Positions 34,254 through 41,352 of a stretch of 41,352 nucleotides of DNA are shown here, in pieces. The position numbers and the translations under genes are program-made. Below the pieces are notes generated by a model. It did no database searches. It saw only the letters and a list, made by a program, of their open reading frames with translations, and was not told where the DNA came from. Source of the stretch: a virus; UHGV virus genome UHGV-0213024; one strand, 5' to 3'. Each line of letters starts with the position of its first letter. Position 1 is the first letter of the stretch.

Positions 34254-35664
34254 GCTTCCACCTCCGGTAACCAACCTTTAATTTTTGTGCAATACCAATA
34301 ACTTGTTCATGGCGGCCATCCTCTTCGGTCAAATCCAACAGATTCTTGTAATCATCCAAATCATCCGGGTCCCGAGAGAGTTGATAGATATATTTTTCGT
34401 CAATCCCACGCAACACTTCTAATTCGGAATCATTAAATAAGTTAATATCGGCATTACTGAATGAATACTCATTTACTGATCCGATCGGGTGATTATGTGT
34501 AACTACCGCGCCTTTGAGTGCCTCTCCCAGATCAGCATCCGGATACACTCCATTGAGATCTCCATAGCACTGCACAACTTCGCCGGATCGTTTAACTACA
34601 ACTGCATTCTCTACGCTACTATTTACGATTCTGGATTCATATTTTTCTATTACAGATTGTACCGTTCTTTTATCTGAAAAGTCAATCATTTCCAGCTTTT
34701 TCACAGGTTTGTGATCTGGAATACCTTTTACTCCTCCCGCACTTAGCCCAGATGTTCCCAGCCACTTATCCAGCGCAGCATTGCGTCCGCCTTTTGACCA
34801 GTTCCGGATCTCTTCTGCAATCTCATCATAGCTCTTTTCAATGACCGGTATAACTACGCAGCGGCCATTCGGATGATCCAGCGGAAGGGATGACTTGTCG
34901 AAATACTTCCCATTGCGTTCCCGGCATAGATCACAAGTCCCAGTTGCAGCATTTGAGGCTAACCATTGATATTTTTCGACGAATGGATTATCTTGCGTAG
35001 ACCGGCGCATAGCCATCTGGTAGGCATGTGTAATCGATGTCCTGGCAAGCCGCTGTGCACTATAATCTACGACCTTGTTCGATCGCGGGTACAACCATGA
35101 CCATTCGTAAGGGCATTTGTATTTCGGATCCAGGTACATTTCCAGATCTTTCGCCAGGTCATAAGCAGATCTGTGGGCCAGGATTCCCTGGTTGATGATA
35201 TACCCGATATCCTGTTTAAATTGTCCCTGGTAATTCCATAACCGCTCCGACAAGCCTGTAAAATCTTTGTAAATTCCGCCATTCATCAGCTCTGCTACTG
35301 CCCGCTGGGGGATCGTAGAGAACACATCGGTAAACCGCTCCGATACCTCCGGTACAATACCGCCCCAGAACTTGCTATTCGCCCCAGCAACGGCTTTTGC
35401 CGTAGCAAGCATATTACTTTCGACTGTGCGCTGTATCTGCCGGTATAGGCCCTTACTATCTCGCTTAAGCACCTTTCCGTAATCGACAATCCACCGATGG
35501 CCTAAGCTGTTCTTTTTGTGCTTCGCTACCTCTCTGCCCAAGTCATGGGCGACCTCTGCATACAGTTTTGCGATCTGTCTTTCTTGCTGCGCGGAGATGT
35601 GGATGCGCTTCTGCTCCGCCTCATCAATCAGTTCCATGTATTGCTTAATATGCCCGTATGGCAT
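34246..35664 (-). CDS. Minor capsid / head morphogenesis protein (MuF, SPP1 gp7-like) with C-terminal extension
   Basis: RLART...AY, C..C..R.G..F....P..HPNGRC; extension with THNHP...SFS..D. Confidence 0.88.
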   Translation of the reverse strand: MPYGHIKQYMELIDEAEQKRIHISAQQERQIAKLYAEVAHDLGREVAKHKKNSLGHRWIVDYGKVLKRDSKGLYRQIQRTVESNMLATAKAVAGANSKFWGGIVPEVSERFTDVFSTIPQRAVAELMNGGIYKDFTGLSERLWNYQGQFKQDIGYIINQGILAHRSAYDLAKDLEMYLDPKYKCPYEWSWLYPRSNKVVDYSAQRLARTSITHAYQMAMRRSTQDNPFVEKYQWLASNAATGTCDLCRERNGKYFDKSSLPLDHPNGRCVVIPVIEKSYDEIAEEIRNWSKGGRNAALDKWLGTSGLSAGGVKGIPDHKPVKKLEMIDFSDKRTVQSVIEKYESRIVNSSVENAVVVKRSGEVVQCYGDLNGVYPDADLGEALKGAVVTHNHPIGSVNEYSFSNADINLFNDSELEVLRGIDEKYIYQLSRDPDDLDDYKNLLDLTEEDGRHEQVIGIAQKLKVGYRRWKRE

Positions 35665-35676
35665 CCAATCACCGCC

Positions 35677-37131
35677 TTACATTTCTCCGGAGAAGCTATC
35701 TTCGAGCATTCTTTTTTCTTTGACGAGCTGTTCGATTTCGTCATCTGCCTCGTCATCCGTCAGCCCCTTGTGGTCCGGCCCGCCCCACTCCATGAGGTAT
35801 GACTTGATCGACCGGGCTATCCCGACCTCCTGTAAGTCCAAGGCCCGTTCTTCTGCTTCGTCCTCTGGCAAAGGATACTGTGTCTCTACCGTGGTGATAT
35901 GGTCTGCTGTCCTAAAGTCTCCATATACCGATTTTAGCGCCGGAAAGACTTCTGCCGCATGTAAAAGTAGTTCAGTCAGCCATTCGAGAGCCGGTTTCCA
36001 TGCAGTCCACTTCGCTTCACACCGACAAATCAGCGGCCAATATAGCATTTTTAGCCCTTTCCCGCTGGTCATAAGCCCCTGGGTCTTTTCCAGGGACAGA
36101 TCCGGGATCCCCAGGCTGTCATGCATATTTTCCGAAATGTTTCCCAATGTATCACTATAAGCATCCTTGTATGTAAAGCTATTCTCGATTGTCCCAACCG
36201 TAGGGATCCGGCCTTGGTTGATCGGGTCAGCCTGTAGATCCCATACTGTACCCGGAGTATTCTTCAATTTTTCGAATGCCTTCGGCGAGGCCCCGGAAAC
36301 CCAGGTGATCTGGTTCATCGTCTTTCGGATTGTATCGAGGTTGGCCGATCTCATTTTGTTATACCAGCTGTCCTCATCTAATATTGAGTCAACATCGGAT
36401 TCGCCGTCCATATCCCCGGATAATCCATCGTTAACAATGATGTACACGGGGATTCGGTCAAGCTTTGTGTCCTGGTCCTGGATCTCATGTCCAGGGATCA
36501 CAGAGCCGAATCCATCATGCAGGCTCTCGGACACCAGGCACTTGCCGCCCTCCATCCTGTAGCGCTGGCGCCACCAGCGCTGCTCCGTTTTATCCTCGCT
36601 GTCATTGACGCAATAAAAAAGGACCACCTTTTTCAGGACATCCACATCGTCTAGCTCTGTCTCATAAATAAATCCATCGGCCGGGATGAACATAATCCCT
36701 AATCTGTCCGCTGTCACACTGACTTTCAGTGCAACCTTTCCGCCGATAAAACAATCCTTCGCGCCTTTCAGCAGCTTATCTGACCAGAGATTCTTTTTCA
36801 GCACAGCCTTGATGTATTCCTGCATTGCGGATTCGTTCGGTTTGCCCTGTTCGGTCTTTGTCTCATCCGGGCAGGATATTTTGATATCCGGCGGCTTCCC
36901 AACCATAAACTCTGCTTGCTTGCTGATCAACCGCCTGATTTTTTTTGACCGGAAGTCCGTCGGTGTAAAGTCATCGTCTCCGGTATCCTCGGATTCAAAT
37001 TCCGCGCCGGATGAGTAAGTATTATACCAGCGTGTGATCTGGCTGATTTTTTCTGTTACTTCCGGGCCATAAGGGCCTGAAAGCTCCTGTATAATAAACA
37101 ACGGTAAGTCAATCATACTCAAAGCTATCAC
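35677..37131 (-). CDS. Portal protein (SPP1-like)
   Basis: 484 aa after TerL; IPV....N....G.SD, SG..L...YW.L...C. Confidence 0.9.
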   Translation of the reverse strand: MIALSMIDLPLFIIQELSGPYGPEVTEKISQITRWYNTYSSGAEFESEDTGDDDFTPTDFRSKKIRRLISKQAEFMVGKPPDIKISCPDETKTEQGKPNESAMQEYIKAVLKKNLWSDKLLKGAKDCFIGGKVALKVSVTADRLGIMFIPADGFIYETELDDVDVLKKVVLFYCVNDSEDKTEQRWWRQRYRMEGGKCLVSESLHDGFGSVIPGHEIQDQDTKLDRIPVYIIVNDGLSGDMDGESDVDSILDEDSWYNKMRSANLDTIRKTMNQITWVSGASPKAFEKLKNTPGTVWDLQADPINQGRIPTVGTIENSFTYKDAYSDTLGNISENMHDSLGIPDLSLEKTQGLMTSGKGLKMLYWPLICRCEAKWTAWKPALEWLTELLLHAAEVFPALKSVYGDFRTADHITTVETQYPLPEDEAEERALDLQEVGIARSIKSYLMEWGGPDHKGLTDDEADDEIEQLVKEKRMLEDSFSGEM

Positions 37132-38327
37132 CTCTCTCCGTACATCTGATCACTGTATATTCCATATCTCATTGCATCCATTATGTCATCATTCTCCTTC
37201 ACCGGTTGCTCTTTCCCTTCGTCCCAGGCGTAAGTATCTATTTCTTCGTCGAATCCTTCTACATCTTTTTCGACGACAAAAAGGCGACGTGTTTTAAATA
37301 ACGTCGCTACGGCGGCTATGCCAGCTACAACATCTTTACGGGCATTAATTGCCCGAAGTCCGGCCACTTGCATGTCATAAATCAGATCTGGCCTGGCAGA
37401 ATCGCAATAAAAATTGATGTCTCCAAACTGCGAGGTCAGGCCAAGGCCAATTTCAATCCATTTTTCTATCGGCCGGTGTTTTTTCTTCCATCCGCGCAGC
37501 AGATAGATATTTCCGTCCATTCCCTCTCCAAGCAAGCATAATGCGCCTGGATGTTCCCATCCAAAGTCTTTGCCCGCCCAGTGCCGAACGATCGGCGGAA
37601 CCTGATCAGCTCGGATGTAATGCACATTCCGTTCAAAATCCGGATACACTATGCCAGCAGCCGCTACCCATGCCCCATTGATATCTCGGTCATAAAACAT
37701 ACCGGTTGGAGTTGTGGCTTTTGTATTTTCGATATATCGCTCATCAACAAAAGTATTGTCCGTTAATTTCCATTGAAATTGCGCGATTGATTTACCGTCC
37801 GCCTTGTCTATATAGTCCTTTTTTAACCAGTGCGAGGGGCAATCGGGGTTTGTATCCATCAATATTCTAGCCCCTGTACCAGAACACCTTTTTGATATCT
37901 CATTAAATACTTCTCGGTTGGCCATCGTGGCCTCGTTGATGTATGCACCATAAGATGTCATCCCCCGGATCCGATTAAGATCATTAATCTTGCTATGTCC
38001 GAAGCAGCACACTTGCACGCCAAAAAGGACGAAACGATTGTATTTATCGAACTGGAATGATAAGCCATATTTATTTTCCAGTTCGTTTAGCACGTTTCTC
38101 TGGACCGCTCCCTGATCAGATCCGGCCAAAATATATTGAGGTTTAGTGATTCTATATTTATCTGCAATTTCCCTGGTGCGTATCAACTCGTTTAAAAACA
38201 GATCATTATCTAACACAGTTTTTCCTGATCTTTTCGCGCCGTGGTTAATCAGCATAAAAAAATCGTTATTCAAAGCGAATCGAAGAACTTCTTGCTGCTT
38301 CGGGCTGTACAAATCATTCAGGCTCAT
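37128..38327 (-). CDS. terL: Terminase large subunit (PBSX family)
   Basis: GAKRSGKT, YINEA, DTNPD.P.HW, DFGW, DSARP, KENDD.MDAMRY. Confidence 0.95.
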   Translation of the reverse strand: MSLNDLYSPKQQEVLRFALNNDFFMLINHGAKRSGKTVLDNDLFLNELIRTREIADKYRITKPQYILAGSDQGAVQRNVLNELENKYGLSFQFDKYNRFVLFGVQVCCFGHSKINDLNRIRGMTSYGAYINEATMANREVFNEISKRCSGTGARILMDTNPDCPSHWLKKDYIDKADGKSIAQFQWKLTDNTFVDERYIENTKATTPTGMFYDRDINGAWVAAAGIVYPDFERNVHYIRADQVPPIVRHWAGKDFGWEHPGALCLLGEGMDGNIYLLRGWKKKHRPIEKWIEIGLGLTSQFGDINFYCDSARPDLIYDMQVAGLRAINARKDVVAGIAAVATLFKTRRLFVVEKDVEGFDEEIDTYAWDEGKEQPVKENDDIMDAMRYGIYSDQMYGER

Positions 38328-39117
38328 TTCGCACCGCCTCCCGCAGGGCATTTATGTACTCTGTGACCTTTTGCTCCGGCCCCTCATTGTCTTTGATGTT
38401 TTTCGATCGCAGCGCCTCGATCCGCGCCTTTTGTTCTTCTGTGGCCATCCCCATGTGATCTCCCAGCCATTTCATGGCGGCCATTCGATCGTGAATCTCA
38501 ATATTCACTCCATATTGGCCTTCTGATACTTTTTTGATCATACGGCCGTCAATGCGGTCAGACTTGTGCAATCGTATTCCGCTAGGACCGAAATCTGCAT
38601 AATCATTCATGTCCACGGTGGCTATCTCAAGATACATCTCAAAGAGATCCGTCATGTCGAAAAGCTCCCGGCACATCCGGCTTTTCTTAAGCTCCCTGAT
38701 CTGCGCCTGGACCTCCGGCCGCTGCATCAGCTTGCACCCATTTACGACGGCAGTATCGTGGGATGCATCCGGGTATGCCTTTTGATATGCCTTCGCTGCG
38801 CTGAAATACCGGGTATAGTATAGGCAGAACAGCCGTTGCTGGTCATTGAGTTCCCGGTTGTCCAGTACAGCATCCACCGCCTCCGCAATGGCCTCCTTGT
38901 CTACCTTTGCACCCTCCGCTTTTGTGTGCACACATTTTTGTGTTTTGGGTGCGGGCTTTTTGGGTGCGGGTGCAGCCTTTGTACGGCTCCAAGCATACCG
39001 CTTTTTCCAGCTCTTGACCGTATCCAGCGATACCCCGTACTTATCTGCTATCTCTCTGTATTTGGCGCCGGCGATATAGTCCGTCTCTGCCAGCTCGTAG
39101 TTTTTTGGTGCATCCAC
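38314..39117 (-). CDS. terS: Terminase small subunit
   Basis: IADKYGVSLDTVKSWK.R..W HTH, L...Q.LFC..Y...A..AY..AY; upstream of TerL. Confidence 0.9.
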   Translation of the reverse strand: MDAPKNYELAETDYIAGAKYREIADKYGVSLDTVKSWKKRYAWSRTKAAPAPKKPAPKTQKCVHTKAEGAKVDKEAIAEAVDAVLDNRELNDQQRLFCLYYTRYFSAAKAYQKAYPDASHDTAVVNGCKLMQRPEVQAQIRELKKSRMCRELFDMTDLFEMYLEIATVDMNDYADFGPSGIRLHKSDRIDGRMIKKVSEGQYGVNIEIHDRMAAMKWLGDHMGMATEEQKARIEALRSKNIKDNEGPEQKVTEYINALREAVRNEPE

Positions 39118-39119
39118 CG

Positions 39120-39341
39120 GTCACCACCTTCCAATCGTGTGCAATTATTCCCTCGCAAGGCGAAGGAGGTCCCCGGCACCCTAGGTTTCAGACGCCGGGG
39201 CGAAACATGCGCAAAAAGGCACCCGTAATCACGAGTGCCATGCAAGGGGAATTGGTCAAGCGGCCTAAGTCGCTCAAGAAGCCATTGCTTTCGCCACTGG
39301 CTCTATTATCATTATAAATGTGTTTTTTGTGTTTTGTGTGC
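39120..39341 (-). promoter_or_regulatory. Late promoter and structured leader with internal terminator
   Basis: TATAAT at 39316-39311 without a canonical -35, preceded by ACACAAAA repeats; several hairpins; terminator at 39213-39239. Confidence 0.55.
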
Positions 39342-39758
39342 AAGTTTCAAATAATCATCAATTTTTCGACTGATCACGCTTCGATCCAGATGCACTAAAT
39401 CCGCAATTTTGGCCTGTGAAAGCTTCTTTTCTCCGTATGTAAAGTAAAGTTGGAAAATCCTCCTGATCAGGCTGTTTTGTATCTCCCCGATAAATTCTTC
39501 CACGGCTCTGCATTCTTCTTCAAGGTATGTTTTCCGTAACATATCCCGGTTTTGCAGTCTCTCGTATCTATCCTGATCGAATCCCGCAACAGTCTCCGGT
39601 GCTGGGAACCCCCTACTGTAGTTTAGGATCGTATCTAATCCTATCATGGACTCGCTTTTCCATCGATTGTGGAGCATAAATTCCAGCTCCATGATTTCCT
39701 GCCGGTTACTCCGATACGCCTCAAGACGTTCCCTGGTCATCGGATGCATGTCAATCAC
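39312..39758 (-). CDS. RinA/ArpU-like late transcriptional activator
   Basis: Last early gene before terS; E.FI..I...IRRIF.L...SQ..IA....DRS.ISR. Confidence 0.78.
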   Translation of the reverse strand: MIDMHPMTRERLEAYRSNRQEIMELEFMLHNRWKSESMIGLDTILNYSRGFPAPETVAGFDQDRYERLQNRDMLRKTYLEEECRAVEEFIGEIQNSLIRRIFQLYFTYGEKKLSQAKIADLVHLDRSVISRKIDDYLKLAHKTQKTHL

Positions 39759-39999
39759 TCTCCCTTTTTATTCTTTCCGAGATCCGCCGGATCGTCTCCC
39801 GCTCCCAATCGTCCAACCGGAAGCTGTACCGCCGGATATCTGCCAGCGCCTCCCTGATGTCTACCCGGACCTCCGCCGGTCCATCGCGGTACGCCGGCCG
39901 GCGGAATGCCTGATCCGCATCCGGATCAACCGGGTACCGTGACATGTTGCTGTGTGCTGCCTGTTTAAGCTGTAAGTTTTGCTCGTATGTATTCAGCAA
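39751..39999 (-). CDS. Hypothetical protein
   Basis: GAGG RBS; overlaps the next gene. Confidence 0.6.
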   Translation of the reverse strand: MLNTYEQNLQLKQAAHSNMSRYPVDPDADQAFRRPAYRDGPAEVRVDIREALADIRRYSFRLDDWERETIRRISERIKRESD

Positions 40000-40015
40000 T
40001 CTATTTCCACCTCAT

Positions 40016-41053
40016 TTATGCCGCCCGGCGCCGTACACTTCGCAGCGTGTCCGCCGTAGACTCGGCATAGTATTTTGATGTCGTTGACGGGCTTTGATGG
40101 CCCAGTACCTCCTGGATCATACCGATATCTACACCCTTGTTTTTGAGATCCATACCCAGAGTCTTTCGCAGTTTGTGTGGGTACACCCTGCACTGGACTC
40201 CGGCCCTCTCCGCAATCTCCTTGAGCTTGATACGGATCGTAGCCGATGACAACGGATTGTGTGGCCGCTTGTACGACGCCAACAGCGCCGGCGATTGATC
40301 GGTACGTGTATCCAGGTATTTTTTGAGATGATACCGGGCTGGCTCATCCAAGTAGATTGTCCGATATCCTCCCCGTTTCTCTCCTAAAATCATGATGTCT
40401 CCGGTCATCCAGTCAATATCATATCGGTCGATCTGCGCCAGCTCCCCGACACGGACACCGGTACTCCGCAGCACCTCAATAATCGCCCGGTCCCGCAGAT
40501 CCCCGCATCCCTCCCGCAACTGCTCAAGCTCGGAGTCACGGAAATAGTCGATCGGCTTCCGCGGTGCCTTTTTGGGCTGCGTGCTGTCTACCGGATTGTC
40601 GTGGATCAGTTTCTCTTTCCGCATCCAGCTGAAAAAGGCGGAAAGGAACCGACGCTCGTTGTTTACTGTTGTGGCCTGTATCCGGTGTCCGGTAGCCTCC
40701 TGGTTTCGCGTCTCATACCACCGCAGGTAATACGATATATCAATGTCCTCTATCTCTGTCAGGGGCTTGTCAATCAGAGTCAGCAGACGCTTGATGGCGC
40801 CCAGGTACATTTCTTTTGTGCCTTCGGCCAGCTCTTTCTTTTTAAACAGAAACAGGTTGATAATATACTTGTTCTGCTCATCCGTGCTCCGGTGGACTTC
40901 CGCCGGCAGCGTAGTGATCTCCTCCATGTTCACCCTGACAAACTGTGCCTCAATCACCTGCTCAAGTATCCGCAGAGATCCCTGGCCGATATGTGCTGCC
41001 ATTGCCATCAATATTTCCTGCTCGATATTCGTCTTAATCTGCTGGTTCATCAT
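40016..41053 (-). CDS. Second tyrosine recombinase (XerD-like, no arm domain)
   Basis: Intact catalytic set STGVRVGE, K, YPHKLRKT, LGH, Y; AAGGAGG RBS before ATG at 41053. Confidence 0.93.
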   Translation of the reverse strand: MMNQQIKTNIEQEILMAMAAHIGQGSLRILEQVIEAQFVRVNMEEITTLPAEVHRSTDEQNKYIINLFLFKKKELAEGTKEMYLGAIKRLLTLIDKPLTEIEDIDISYYLRWYETRNQEATGHRIQATTVNNERRFLSAFFSWMRKEKLIHDNPVDSTQPKKAPRKPIDYFRDSELEQLREGCGDLRDRAIIEVLRSTGVRVGELAQIDRYDIDWMTGDIMILGEKRGGYRTIYLDEPARYHLKKYLDTRTDQSPALLASYKRPHNPLSSATIRIKLKEIAERAGVQCRVYPHKLRKTLGMDLKNKGVDIGMIQEVLGHQSPSTTSKYYAESTADTLRSVRRRAA

Positions 41054-41071
41054 GATTTTTCCTCCTTCGTA

Positions 41072-41162
41072 TTGCCTAAGACATACCAAGGTGGTATAAT
41101 GATCTTAGGTTTGAGATTGTGGTAGAAATTCACTTTGGCCGGTGTTCTACCACTATTTTTTT
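41072..41162 (+). ncRNA. Putative antisense sRNA unit in the leader of the second recombinase
   Basis: TTGCCT-17-TATAAT with TG (41072-41100); GTGGTAGAA/TTCTACCAC hairpin plus T7. Confidence 0.5.
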
Positions 41163-41253
41163 GATTATGTAGCCGAACATATTTTCGTAACATACGTTCG
41201 ATTTGAAGTTCTTTTTTTGGGTCCCGGCGCAAAGGCTGGAACCCTGGTAATAA

Positions 41254-41352
41254 TTAGTTCTTACTGATCTTTAATTCCTTGACTCTGATTGCCCTTGGAC
41301 TTCCATGGCGACAGTATATTTTTCCGTCGTCCTCGAGTAGCTTGAGGTATAT
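41254..41352 (-). CDS. LexA-type HTH protein, 3' part (joins 111-1)
   Basis: In-frame continuation to TAA at 41256-41254. Confidence 0.8.
   Translation of the reverse strand: MYLKLLEDDGKIYCRHGSPRAIRVKELKISKN

Larger units (their letters stand above)
1..41352. mobile_element. Complete temperate siphovirus genome, circular/excised form
   Basis: Full set of terminase, portal, capsid, tail, lysis, integrase, repressor and replication genes. An ORF continues in frame across the window ends, and int is joined to the lysis side through an attP-like region. Confidence 0.93.

Noticed and set aside
39120..39310. tRNA in the terS leader or attP region
   Set aside because: No cloverleaf with a T-loop GTTCRA and acceptor stem could be built by eye; tRNAscan-SE or ARAGORN would settle it.
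41050..41232. 60-aa minus-strand ORF upstream of the recombinase
   Set aside because: TTG start with no clear RBS, and it overlaps an antisense promoter and hairpin; possible but unsupported.

Overview
This window looks like a complete, circularly permuted temperate siphovirus genome of about 41.4 kb from a Firmicutes host, probably Clostridia/Lachnospiraceae-like (inferred from sigmaA promoters, AGGAGG RBSs, an AbrB/SpoVT homologue and a GH25 lysin). A LexA-type HTH ORF reads in frame across the 1/41352 junction, and the integrase abuts an intact attP-like region next to the lysis genes, so this is the excised form. Modules: early and replication genes (-, 11409 to 129, continuing across the junction to 39312), immunity, morons and integrase (+, 11539-14826), attP and morons (14813-16948), and lysis, tail, head and packaging genes (-, 39117 to 17022). 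Most notable: (1) a 14-bp dyad WAAAY-N4-ATTTW sits at nearly every gene junction of the accessory array upstream of a second tyrosine recombinase, and the same dyad forms the inverted crossover sites of (2) an invertible tail-fibre cassette with no adjacent invertase, suggesting one recombinase may serve both an integron-like array and tail-fibre switching; (3) four orphan promoter-structured RNA-terminator units flank the integrase; (4) the CI repressor is frameshifted; (5) the tail chaperone has a candidate +1 UUU_CGU frameshift, and the MuF protein has a JAB-like extension. All functional calls come from motif recognition by eye; no searches were run.
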